Origin: Adineta vaga
Taxonomy: Eukaryota; Animalia; Rotifera
DNA length: 64,000 nt
Reading direction: 5' to 3'
Assembly (NCBI GenBank): GCA_021613535.1
Contig: CP075492.1
Location: 12,400,001 to 12,464,000 of the forward strand
Part shown: one piece after another, positions 52,701 through 64,000 of the stretch
Numbering within the stretch: the first letter of the stretch is position 1
Layout: each line of letters begins with the position of its first letter
Made by a program: the position numbers and the translations under genes
The notes under the pieces: model-generated
What the model was told of the DNA's origin: nothing
Databases searched by the model: none
What the model saw: the letters and a program-made list of their open reading frames with translations, nothing else

Positions 52701-54664
52701 ATGGGCAATGATGATGATGATGATGACGACGACAGCAGCGACGTTGTACGAATATTTGAAAATAACAAGAGTGATGCTGGTGATGAAGAGAGAGAGAGAG
52801 AGAGAGAGAGAAGAAAAAAAGAAGAAATGGAGAAAACGAGAGTGTCTTTATTAGAAGATGTATGCAACTACGTTGTGAAGAATTGTATATAGACGATCGA
52901 TAGTGCGGACGAGACGCGAGAATGGTTGTTTCGCTTATAAACCAACACTACTGGAAGGAGTTAGAGCAATGGTTGTTGGCGTATTCTCAGGGAAGCTAGC
53001 TCGAAGACGAATAATCGAAGCGAAGAAAGAAGGAAAAAAAGAAAAAAAAGTAACACTAGCAGCACAACAATCTCTTGTTTCCGTCTTTCTCTTTCTTCTC
53101 TCGTTGACTCGGCCCCCCGTTAGTAAAAGAGTAAAAGAAGAGAAACATGTCTCACGCTGTGCCATATATGCTATCGTTGGATGCGACCAAGCAGAAGAAG
53201 CTTTACAAAATTTTGATTGAGGATGAACACAATAATACTTCAATGATATTAAAGCTTTTAATAGAGAAAAAATATCGATTAACTATTGTTAATAACTTAT
53301 TTCGAATATCTTTGTCAAAGATATTTCAATTCATTTTCTGGCAAACAAGGTGTTGGTCATTGAAGCAAATAGAATTCTTAATTTCAACTCAAATAGATAA
53401 ATGCAATTATAAGCTAAATAATAAAATTAAAATAGATAGAGCTAACTTTCAATTCTCTATTAATGATATTTTATTCAAGGAAAAGAATTTTTTTTGTCGA
53501 GAGAAAAATCTCATTTCATCATCATCATCATCATCAACGAGAAGACAGACAGAAAAGATAATTGCACAAGTAATTTTATCAGTCACGAAGTCACTTTTAC
53601 CTTGTTCAATCTCATCTTACAAAAACGACTTAGATTCTTTGAATAATCAGATTATATCTAGAAAAAGAAAAACTAAACAAGCCTTCTCAAAAAGAATATT
53701 TCCAAGATATGAAAATCAAAAGCAATTGTCATTCCTTAAAAGATTCGGCAAAATCAATGAACGATAGTTATGCTTTCGTTTCTATACAATTCGATTAACT
53801 CTTAAGTAGTATACGACAACAACAATTATCGAAAACGATCGAACAATTGACCTCGTTGTTATAATATCGATTGAAATCTATTCAAAGATTCTATTCGATC
53901 ATAGGAACATTTGAGTGAGCTGGAGAACAAATCAATAAATCTTTTTCATATGTTTCTTTTTCTTTTTCTTTTTCTTTTCAATAAATGATCAAAAGGTTTC
54001 CTTCTTATCATTGAATCTACACTTGAATGTAATCGCTCATTTTGACAAGCAACAATCAAATATTATGAAAAGATTTTTCTAGTTTTTATTTGCCTTCTAG
54101 AAATTAAATACGCAAAAAAATTCTTCTTGCTTTTTTTATATAAAAATAAGAAGAAGAAAATTTTCTTTTTATTGATTTAATATGAATCATTACAAATGAC
54201 TTTATTTCTACAGACATTTTCTTTTATTTAAAAGTCTTCCAACAATGAATGAATGAATAAAAGAAAAGAAAAAAAAAGAGAAAAATGAATAAGAGACCAT
54301 TCAACCTAAGGCACATATACATGCCACACTCAAACTCAAATCCGGACATAAAAATGTCAGTGAGAGTATTGTAACTAAGAAACGCACGTATATCCGTTGC
54401 TCTTTGTTAAATAGACTGACATATTGTCATAAAGAAATGAGGGAGAAATTCCTAGAGGACGCCACATATCTGTGTAAAAACTGTCCGCGTTGATTAACTT
54501 TGAGATGAAGTGAAACCTTTCCGTTTTCTTCCTAATTAAGAACATAATGACTTACCTATTTTGATTCGTTTAGCCGGTGGTAACGAAAATGAACTATGAT
54601 TATCATCTTCAATCATATAATTCATATTATTATCATCATCATCATCATCGTTCTTTTCGGCCAT
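46768..54664 (-). CDS. PDE10A: GAF-GAF cyclic nucleotide phosphodiesterase, PDE10-like; multi-exon, first exon 54664-54556
   Basis: N-terminal SVTADSVKVYLNEHPDFLNSYIQQNIHSDTIEQW resembles the PDE10 N-terminus. Two GAF domains (GIAGYVATTGKTLNI; VVQMVNKKNGHFTKGDEESFE). Catalytic motifs VPYHNWSHA, HDLDHRGKTN, LATDL, DLC and RDNLHRW. Stop codon at 46770-46768. The symbol denotes the closest family. Confidence 0.88.
47506..47617 (-). other. PDE mutually exclusive exon B (112 nt): QCLQSVSMTAVDLCAMYKPWSVQEHIVNTIMAEFWQE
   Basis: tccag acceptor and gtgtgc donor; same length and phases as exon A. Absent from the ORF track. Confidence 0.85.
47750..47861 (-). other. PDE mutually exclusive exon A (112 nt): LLVMGLSMTAADLCSSFKHWAVQRSNVSIIMEEFFQQ
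   Basis: tctag acceptor and gtgatt donor; phase 2 to phase 0; paralogous to exon B. Confidence 0.85.
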
Positions 54665-56176
54665 AAGCCACCAAGATGATTCGTAATGATAAGGCAGCGT
54701 TTTTGAAGCTTATAGTAAATCGATATGTCACTTGATGATTCTGATTGATTTTATTTCTAGTTTCGTTTTTCAATCAATTGACTTGACTGAGGTAAATATG
54801 AATGTCGATCCGATTTAATGTGTGTAATGGTCGCCACGTCGCCGAGAACGAGGAGAGCACTCTTCTATATAGAAAATGCATATGGTAATGTATGTGTATG
54901 TGCGCGTTCTATCGCTGTTCTCTTCGTCAGTAACGCTGTCGTTCTCTTGTTTTTGTTATAATTATTGCAGATGAATGTGAAAAAAGAACGGAGAACCAAG
55001 CAAACAAATGAAACGAGAACGAGAGAGAGAGAGAGAGAAAGAAAACAAACTAAATGGAAAAAAATATATATATAAACAGTCACACGTCTCGATCGGAATC
55101 AACGATTATTACTTGATCTCGACAATGAGAAACAATCAGAGTAGTATGGGATAACAGACTATCAATACGAGGAAGATATCGTCTTACATGAAAGTTCTTC
55201 ATTAATGAAGAAAAATTGCATGACAGAAATCCAGATGATCTCTCAAACGAGACGTTTTTCATGTATTGAAATGGCATCATGTTATGGTTATTGTCACATT
55301 CTTGCGATTGCCATTTTCGACAATGATGTCATAAGATTTTCTTCTTGACCTTTTCATTTCGTTTATCTATTTGTCTTTCTCGCTTTCATCATTCAAAGAA
55401 GAAGAAAAACACTTCATCGAGATGATTATAGGTTAATAATGAAAATGAATAGCTTTTCCTTTTCTTTTCCGAATGTCATCTTTAACTAGAAAAAATATCG
55501 AACATTAAATAATCCAGCAAACGTCAACAGAACGTATATATTTATAGAAAATACAAGGCCATTTAGATTGTTTCAATTATAATATATTACTCGCTTGGGA
55601 AATGACATGCGAACATTAGAAAACAAATGTTGATTGATTATAGTAAATTTTCATGTCGCCATCTCAAACGACATATCTCTCCGTCTGATGAAACAACATA
55701 TTATTCAATTTATTTCGAATATCAAATAACTATTGATCAATCTTCATCGAGACTTTTCTTTTAATAAAAATTTCATATTCAAGTGTAAGATCGTTTATTT
55801 AACATTAATATTTGCTACTTTGTATTCAAATTTTATGAAAATCAACATTCCGATCTCAACAAGAATATCCTTTTTTTTTCTTCTTCTTCTTCTTATAAGC
55901 ATCAATCATGAAAAACACCCCCGATCGAGGTCATTTGAAAGCATACAGATTCACTGATCATCCGATTTTCTATGTAATTCATTTGGCAAATTTCTTTCAA
56001 TACAGATTTAAGAATTTAAGTGTAATTGTATCATAATCCTGGCAAAATCTTGTTCTATCTCATATTCTGTATTAATTCAGTAGAATAAAAGAGAAATAAA
56101 ACAGATTATATTACTGACGAATATTGTTTATTTGTTATGGAAATTTAAAAGAAAAAGAATTTTTCAATTAATCGGT

Positions 56177-56592
56177 TTAATCATACGTTAGATTAGGAAG
56201 GTATTTGGTATGATAAATTTTCGAATCATTTTCATTTTCAACTTCGTTATTATTAGCCAAATGTTCATTCTTAAAAAGAAATATACATCAAAGAATTTTT
56301 GTAAACAAAACCTCCATCGTCATATTTACCGAGGAACTTGGATAAAAGTAAGGTATTGGAAATAGAAAATTACGTCGAAAACGCCATTCAGTAACAGCAC
56401 GTTCATTTCGATCTTCGAATGGTCGATGATCGATTCTGTACGATGTCTAGAAAAACAAATGAAAGATTATTTCTTTTGAGAAAATATTTCGATCAGTTTG
56501 TAACTTACTACAATAAGAAAACAACAGACAATTAATAGAAGACGAAATCCAAATCGAAATAATCCCATTGATGAAGAAGTAGCAGAAAACAT
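56177..56592 (-). CDS. Small secreted prepropeptide candidate (about 97 aa); exons 56592-56509, 56446-56330, 56269-56177
   Basis: Signal-peptide-like first exon (FRFGFRLLLIVCCFLIV), two clean phase-0 GT-AG introns and an RFRR convertase site before NFLFPIPYFYPSSS. The 3' end is less certain. Confidence 0.6.
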
Positions 56593-58220
56593 AGTAAAGA
56601 TCAAGGAAAAAAACACTAACTTCTCTAACGATTCGAAAGTGTTTTGTGTATGTCGATTGCTTTTATAGCTCAAGAGTCTGATTAAAAATAAAAAATGATG
56701 CCCCACTCGATTGGATTTGACAAATAATCAAAAATTGATGTATGATTGGAAGAAAAATACAATAAATGTTCGATTACTCAACGGGATTCTCGTTAGATTA
56801 AATGAAAGAATACTAAAATATCTAATTTCTTTTCTCTTTTTCTGTAATCAGAAATAAAAGGTCTTGTGGGTTGAAGTAATTCAGAAAAAATTAAATACAA
56901 ATTATTGATTAGTTGATGTGGGCGTACAAGAAATTATGCGATGGTTAAATAAGGCTCATTTTATGCAGACATTATATACCTTTGAAAATACAATTAGTGA
57001 GTTTTGAAGGATCTGATAGTCCAATTTTATCAATGTCAAAATACTCAAACTGTATGTGCTATTAGATGATATCATCATTCAGAAGGTTTCTTAATATTGT
57101 CAAAGGATTTATATTAGCTTCCTGTAGTACATTGTTGAGGGGTGAGTGTTTCATTATAATAAATTAGTTGATTAATCTTTTTGAAGGTTTTGACAAAAGT
57201 CATATTTTCATTGGCTTTTTTACATTGATAAACTGAACGATGGGAAATATTTTCAAAGATCTTTGCTGTTTACTGGTGAACATCTCATGATTATCGTATT
57301 GGTAAAAGAGTTATATTGAGGTGTGTCGAGAAGATTAGGGTTGATTCGTTTTTCTTTTGTTCTATGAAACGATGAGAATGTCCTACAATTCCTATGAGGC
57401 ATTGAAATTTATTGAATCGTTAAGATTATAAATAAATTGATATGAATGGAGAAAACAATTCCATTATCACAATGATGACTGATTGAAACTTTGTATATGA
57501 TTATTTCGTCTCTTGTTGAAACTTACAAGAGTCTATTTGACTATAATATGAATATATGCAGTAACAAATTTAATTTACATGTTAGTCCATATGTTTCCAT
57601 ATTTCTTTCTCGATCATAAGCTAACAAGTATTTTATAAGAGAGCAATTTTTCTTGATTTATAAGTCTTGACAGTAATTTATTTAGGGTGTTTGTCAAGTG
57701 AAACTAATTTAACTTATTTCAGACGAGTTATTTCTATTTCATATAGATTAGTACAATGATTTCATCATCAGAATTCATTGCAAGTATTTAATTTCTCTGA
57801 ACAATCACTATATTCTAATCTCGTATGAATCAATAAAAGAAAATTTCTCATTCCTATTTATATAGTAGAACAGCGCTTGTCATGTTCTCTTATCGACAAA
57901 AAGCAAATCCTATCGATTTCTTTCTTCTCCTTTTTTTCTCATGAGAATTAATTGAGTTGCATGAACTTTTTTCATATTAGTTGTCAAATGAACTTCTACA
58001 TATGTTTTCTTTCTGATGTTCAGTCAACGGTCAGAATAGAAAGCTTCATACAACTTGTTCCAGTGAAGAAATGTGATGAATTTTTTTTCATCGATGAGAA
58101 AGAGAGAGAGAGACGGGGGGGGAGGAAAGAGAGAAAAATGGTCTATTCCAAACCAATAAAGAACAACGGAAGGGTGTGTGTCATATTCTTTTACTCAATA
58201 TTTCTTTCAAGCACGATTGA

Positions 58221-58906
58221 ATGATTATGTCTTCAAAATCGTCTGTATCATTAGGTTTACAAAAAGCATTCGATCGATATTCGAAATTTGGGAAAACTCA
58301 AGCACAATTAGCGGATCATAATGGTCTTCGTATTGGTTCAGCAGGAATACAAAAAATGATGAAAGATTGTTCATTAATTGATACAAAATATACGTCACAA
58401 TTATTAGATAATGATATAGCACGTGTATTAGGAAAATTAACGATTAAATCCAATGAATCTACTACAGTGCATTATCCCAAGGGAATGTAAGATGAATGAA
58501 AATTTTCTTGAATTGAATTCTTTATTTTCGTTGTTGAAATAGAAAAACATTTGAAATCAAAGGTTTCAAAGTTCTCATCGACCGTATAGCTGAATCGAAA
58601 AGCGTCAATCACGAGGAAATCTTAGCTAAAATCAATGCAAATGAAGGTCCTAGTCTTAATCATGTTACAGAAGTTACTAATAAGGATATAACTGATCGAA
58701 TGACGGATACAACACAATATACGTAAATATCTTTATATAAAAAAAATAAGATCCATTTTGTTTTTTTTAGAGGTACACATAAAGAACGTTTCGATGAAGA
58801 AGGTCATGGTAAAGGTAAAGAAGGTCGTTCTGATGACATTATATCTACAGGTTATGTGCAAGGTTTTAAAGTCAATAATGATCAAATATCATCAATAAAA
58901 AAATAA
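58221..58906 (+). CDS. TPPP: Tubulin polymerization-promoting protein (TPPP/p25-alpha family); exons 58221-58486, 58543-58722, 58771-58906
   Basis: [19 protein letters not shown], and the hallmark [36 protein letters not shown]-terminus, assembled across two introns. Confidence 0.95.
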
Positions 58907-58969
58907 AACATTTCCATGTCTTCGTCTGTTTCCTTTCGTTTTGCTGTATATATGTATAAGAGTAGAATT

Positions 58970-61900
58970 TTAACAAATTGTTGTTTCACTAATTTTTGAT
59001 TTAATACTTATATTTGATGTACCACGTGACATTAATCGTTTTGATTGTTGACGTTTATTATCAAAATCTAAAAGTAAATCTTTGTATCCATCTGCATCAA
59101 CAGGCATCATTGAAACACGTCGAATCGGTTGTTGAGCTGTTGTTAATGGTCGTTTATTTTGAAAGATTTCTAAATCTTCATAATCAATAAATGATGGACG
59201 AGAACGAAGTTCGGAAAATTCTGAACGACAAATTGGTTTACGATCACCTGTTAAACGTTGTGGAATCGATGAGGGTGTTGGATATTCATTCATAACAAAT
59301 TGTGGTGGTGGAGCATGATGATCGGATGAATTAAAATCAATTGTATTCTGTGTTGATGCTAAATTTAGATTTTGATTTGATGCAGATAAACCTTTTGGAC
59401 CTGATAAGTCAATATCACGTTCCCAAGCTAATGTTTCAAGCATATGATCAAATTGAGCTTTTGGTTTAAGAACAACTGATTGATGCGAAACACGACGAAG
59501 ACGAACATATTCTGCTGTTGTTTCTTGTTCTTTTAATAAATATAGAACAAGTTTTCCAACTCGCTGAAAAAAGATAATATCAGATTTGTTTTTAGAAATA
59601 GATGAGTGAAAATGTATGGATAATACTTACTTTCCAATTACTAATTGCTCCTTTTCGTTGAGCTGCTTTACTTTTTATTACTCGTTTAATAACCATCAAA
59701 TCTCGTTTATCATCAGCACCAATGGCATATGCACCCTGATAATCAAATCGTTGTTTTGGCGAGCAAGATCTTTCGATGGTTAAGACAAGTTGAGCCCACT
59801 AAATAACAAAATAAAAAGTTTTCATATAATCTTTCTTCTATATAATCAAACCTGTCGATTACGTTCTCTTTCACTAATTGTAATAATACGTTGATATGTA
59901 TTACCCATTGAAGCGATTAACATGTTCAAAAGAAGTATAGGTGTTAAAATCATAAAAATAATGAATAAAATTTTAACTAAATATGAATAATGTGTTAAAT
60001 CGAATCGAGAAAACTAAATGGAAAGTATTGAAGCAAGGCAATTTCGAAGAAAAAACAGAATACATACATCAAATTCTCCCATGGTAAAATGAACCATTGT
60101 CATCCAAGCTTCGAAATTTTTAAATGAACACATATTTTCCACTTCACAGGTATTATTCGTAGCAAATTCCTGACAATTTCCACCTTCAGATGTATCACGA
60201 AAGAGAAGATAAAAAACTAAAAAAAAATACAAATCAATAATTAATTCATCAAAAGTAATTAGTTTTCTTTTTCTATAAATCATTCTTGAAAATTCAATGA
60301 TACTTCAAAATCATCTATGAAACTCTTCTTGTCATCATGAAGGAAATAAAATGAAAATCTCAACAACAACAAAAAAGAAGAAAGAGCAATAGAGTCAACA
60401 TTCTTTTTACCTTGGCCAAAAGCTGTAACAACAATAACATAAATAACACCAAATGTGGCTATATCTCCTGTAATCATTTCAAATATCATAACAATAAATG
60501 CTCCTGTTAATGCATAAATTCGTCCAAAAAAAAGAAAATATAGAAAAGTTCCTGGTACAGCAAGTGAAACTAAACCATCTTCGACATAACCAAATGTAAC
60601 ATTTTTTGTTACTAAAAATAAAACGCGACATGGAACAGCTAGAAGTATAAGTACACATGAGCATTGATAAACCAATTTTTCAGGATAACTCCTCTAGAAA
60701 ATGTCAAAAACAAATCATTTAAAGAAATAAAAACAACGAGATTGATTTACTAGATTTTGTATATAAGAACTGTAACCTTGTAAATAAATTTCTCTTGCTA
60801 ATAAAGCAAATAGACTGATAATACAACCAATTAAGACACATACTTCAGCAATATGACAAAAGATTTTTTCTACGAAAGTTCCCTCATCATTTGGTTTACG
60901 TAAGAATACTGCCGTACTTAAGAAGAATAAATGAATACAAAGTAGAATAAGTTGTCGAACGAAATTAACCTTCAAATGAGAAGGAAAAAAGAAATATATA
61001 TATTCATTCGAAGTTCATTGAAAAGAAATTTACTCGAGCGAATGAAGACCATTTATCATTTAATAAACGTTCAATGACCATATTATCAAGCATAGCTAAA
61101 TGATCTTCTGTTTTACCATTAACAATCGATGACAATGAAGAATTCCAATCTATATTATTGAATTCAAAAGTAATAAAACAAAACAATATCAAAGCAACAA
61201 ACCAATATGTCCACCATCAGCTATCGTATCAATGCCACGTAAAGGATATGTACAACATTTTATATTTGAATAACGCCAAATTTCCTTTAGAAAAGAAAAA
61301 TCATATCTAGATATTAGAATGTCAAGTTAAACGACACGAACAATGTTCTTGCCGCAAACGAAACAAAATCAATTTTGATTTTATTGATGAATAAACTCAA
61401 GACCGGATCCGGAAATTTCCGATCCTATGAAGTCTTTGAAAAATTAACTGTTTTCTTTTCATCTATCAGTAGATGATTTCTTGAAATATCTTACAGTCAA
61501 CTATATATGAAAGAAATAGATATTTTTACCACATGAGATAATTCCAAACATTGAAGAAACAATTCTCTTCGACCAATTTTAGCGGATAATGTTAAGGTTG
61601 TTAAACCGTCATTATTTCGAATATCGGTTAATGCTTTTTTAACAGGATGTCGAATAGCATGATTAAACATATCCTAAATATAGTTCACTTTTTATTCGAA
61701 TCAAATTTTTTTTCTCTTTTATTACCGAATTATCTCGAATGACGAGCATATGTAAAACTGTATTGCCATATGAATCTTGTAAATTTGGATCAGCGCCATG
61801 ATCAATCAGATAATCATAGATTTCTTTATAGCCAAAAGCAGCAGCAAATGCTAATGGATATTCACCATAATATGCATGAGCTTAAAAAATATCATAGAAA

Positions 61901-62434
61901 GAAGTTTTCTTTTTATATTTCTGAGAGAACACGTTTGGTATACTTTCTGGAGATGCATTTTTTAAACTAATTTTTAAATTTGATTTATCACTACGGCGAA
62001 AAAATCGACGAGTTCGACTTTGTCGATTTGTTTTTGTTTCATTTTTATTTCGACTTTGACCATTTGAATGAAAATCTTCGATAACACGTTGATTAACATC
62101 AGCACCATGTTTAATCAAAAGTTGAACAGACGCAAGATCATTGAAAAAAACGGCTATATGAAGCGGTGTTTCTCCTAAGAAAAACATTTTAAAATATGAT
62201 TCTAATCCCTAATGTTATCCTACCAATAACTGTTAATTGAGTAGTATTAATATTTGGTATCGGATTCACACCATTTGTTGTTATATCTTTATTCTTTGTA
62301 TCATTGTGATTAGTCATCGACAACTTTTCATAATGCTCTGCACGAGATAACCGATGAAAATCTTGACTATTAATCGTCACTGGCCGTCCGAAGACATCCA
62401 GCAATGCTGTATTTGGAATTTTGATAGCCTTCAT
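58970..62434 (-). CDS. TRPV channel, OSM-9/Inactive-like; multi-exon
   Basis: Ankyrin repeats ([35 protein letters not shown]); [15 protein letters not shown] linker; six TM helices; pore-region HFTMGEFD; S6 [14 protein letters not shown] followed by [12 protein letters not shown]. The start codon is uncertain. Confidence 0.9.
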
Positions 62435-62554
62435 ATTCTAACAGGAAATGGTGATCAATAATAAAAAAAAGAAATGATTATCATGTGTTTTATTTCTCCT
62501 CGTTTTCAGTTACGATCAAATGTTAATAATGAACAGAAGAAAAGAATTTTTTCG

Positions 62555-62593
62555 CTTCTTCTTCTTCTTCTTCTTCTTCTTCTTCTTCTTCTT
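62555..62593 (+). repeat. (CTT)13 microsatellite upstream of the TRPV gene
   Basis: Directly visible. Confidence 0.9.
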
Positions 62594-63724
62594 TTTCCTC
62601 AGCGATTCAATTAGAAAAGTTTAAGAGAGAAGGAGAAAAGACAAAAGCTCGTACCGAACGTTTCCTCTGTCATTCTACCGTTTCCACCAAGATGGGATAC
62701 GGAGGAAAAAAGAACGTTTTTTCAAAAATCAAATCAGTGCATTTTCTTTTCTTTCTTTGACAGTTCCATTTGTAGTGCATTCTTATTGGAGATACTTCAA
62801 TTAACTTTAGTCTTCACGGCCGAAGTTGTTGTTGTTGCTATTACTAGAAGAAAATACTAAAAAAAAAGAAGAAGAAAAAAAAATCATTTTTATTCGTCGT
62901 ACTCAATCGTTTAATTGCTATTGAGAGACGAGAAGTAGGAAAATAATAGAAAGAATAGTGTATCTTATAAAAGTATTGTGAATAAATGATGAATTTTCAA
63001 ATGAAATCAAGATCTATTGCTAGTCTAGGTAATATTTGAAATCAATGAATAAGTCGAATTCTAACTAGTTTACATATCTATTGTTACTAGTCAAGCGAGA
63101 AAAGCTTTCCAGGTGTCAATCAGTCCTTATCGGAAACAGGCGTATATGTGTGAACGTAATGACTTGATAAATGACCTTGAATGATCTGATTTTAAAATAA
63201 GAATTGTTATCCATCGTTGAATATCAATATTTTTTCTTTCAAGTATAGAATTCACAATGTTTTTGTATCCATTAGTAAAAAACAGCTAAAGCTTGTAGAC
63301 AAGTAGGATATTGGAAATGCAAATATCTCATGAATTTGAATGTTAACTGTTGATGGATACAATCAATAGATTAGAAGAACATATATAAGTAGTCAATTGC
63401 TTTTAGGAATGACATTGGAAGATATGGTTGAATCAAATATATTGAAATAGATGGATAATATTCGTTTATATCATTCAAACAAAACGTATGTTCTCGATTC
63501 ACCATCGAGTGTTGATTTAGCTAATATTTAGTAGTTATTGCGTCGATGAACAAATAGAAAAAAAAGTTAAAATTTTACTATTGTCTTTAAAAAAACAAAA
63601 GAAGGAAATCTTTACTGTTTCGAATAGTTTGAATTCAATTGAATAGTAAAAAAGGGATGATGAATATGTAGTTTTAATTTATTTACAAAAATTCTACGAA
63701 TAAATAATTAATTCATTATTTTTT

Positions 63725-64000
63725 TTAAAATCGATATCTAACTTTATCAAAATTACATCGTCGATACAATAGCATAGCTACAACATATACAGAACCAGCT
63801 AGAAATAAGCCTATAAACCAAGCATAGACATAAATTTGATCAAAAAAATTCTTCTCTCGATGCCGATCAAGATCTAAACTTCGAATAAATCCCGGCATAT
63901 TTGGTACAATACCAATAACAAGTGCAAACATAGCACTCCAATTTACCGCTCGATAAGTAAAGATTGGATATGCATCACAATATAATTCTGCGATTTCTAA
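63725..64000 (-). CDS. C-terminal end of an NCS1 nucleobase:cation symporter (uracil/allantoin permease family), 5'-partial
   Basis: The frame is open from the window edge: ..AELYCDAYPIFTYRAVNWSAMFALVIGIVPNMPGF...IYVYAWFIGLFLAGSVY. This matches the NxxA..A...G..P.hPGF and Y..AWFhG motifs of the last two NCS1 helices. Confidence 0.8.
   Translation of the reverse strand, partial: LEIAELYCDAYPIFTYRAVNWSAMFALVIGIVPNMPGFIRSLDLDRHREKNFFDQIYVYAWFIGLFLAGSVYVVAMLLYRRCNFDKVRYRF

Noticed and set aside
51783-53767. Several plus-strand ORFs (85-206 aa) with poly-M/D/ER runs
   Set aside because: They lie in PDE intron 1 on the opposite strand and arise from (GAT)n, (GA)n and A-rich simple repeats.
56850-57420. 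Compositionally distinct stretch with an ~80-codon minus-strand open frame, possibly a TE relic
   Set aside because: No TIR, TSD, LTR or recognisable protein motif; it cannot be supported without a database search.

Overview
Eukaryotic (animal) genomic DNA, very AT-rich and gene-dense, with mostly 46-70 nt GT-AG introns. The short introns, intronless orphan GPCR and foreign-looking NCS1 permease suggest a bdelloid rotifer (inference, not verified). Splicing the ORF fragments by hand gives, in order: (1) a 5'-truncated giant RNF213/mysterin-like AAA+ ATPase (about 4480 aa in the window, 13 exons) with no recognisable RING, a collapsed RZ-finger site and about eight tandem ubiquitin-like units at its C-terminus; (2) a 76-aa Tyr/Gly-rich orphan behind duplicated CRE-like palindromes; (3) an MS4A/CD20-like 4-TM protein; (4) a 657-bp non-autonomous hAT element with an 8-bp TSD; (5) an intronless class A GPCR; (6) RPL38; (7) a Pro/Val/Cys-repeat articulin-like protein; (8) an ankyrin protein; (9) after about 8.5 kb of non-coding DNA, a roughly 3225-aa, 20-exon uncharacterised scaffold with an N-terminal MGC, six basic-Cys motifs, five helical repeats and seven symmetric tandem exons whose conserved motif is assembled across each splice junction; (10) a PDE10-like GAF-GAF phosphodiesterase with two 112-nt mutually exclusive active-site exons; (11) a small secreted prepropeptide; (12) TPPP/p25 tail-to-tail with (13) an OSM-9/Inactive-type TRPV channel; (14) the 3' end of an NCS1 nucleobase permease (HGT candidate). 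No tRNA, rRNA or CRISPR array was recognised. All exon models are manual and need RNA-seq confirmation.
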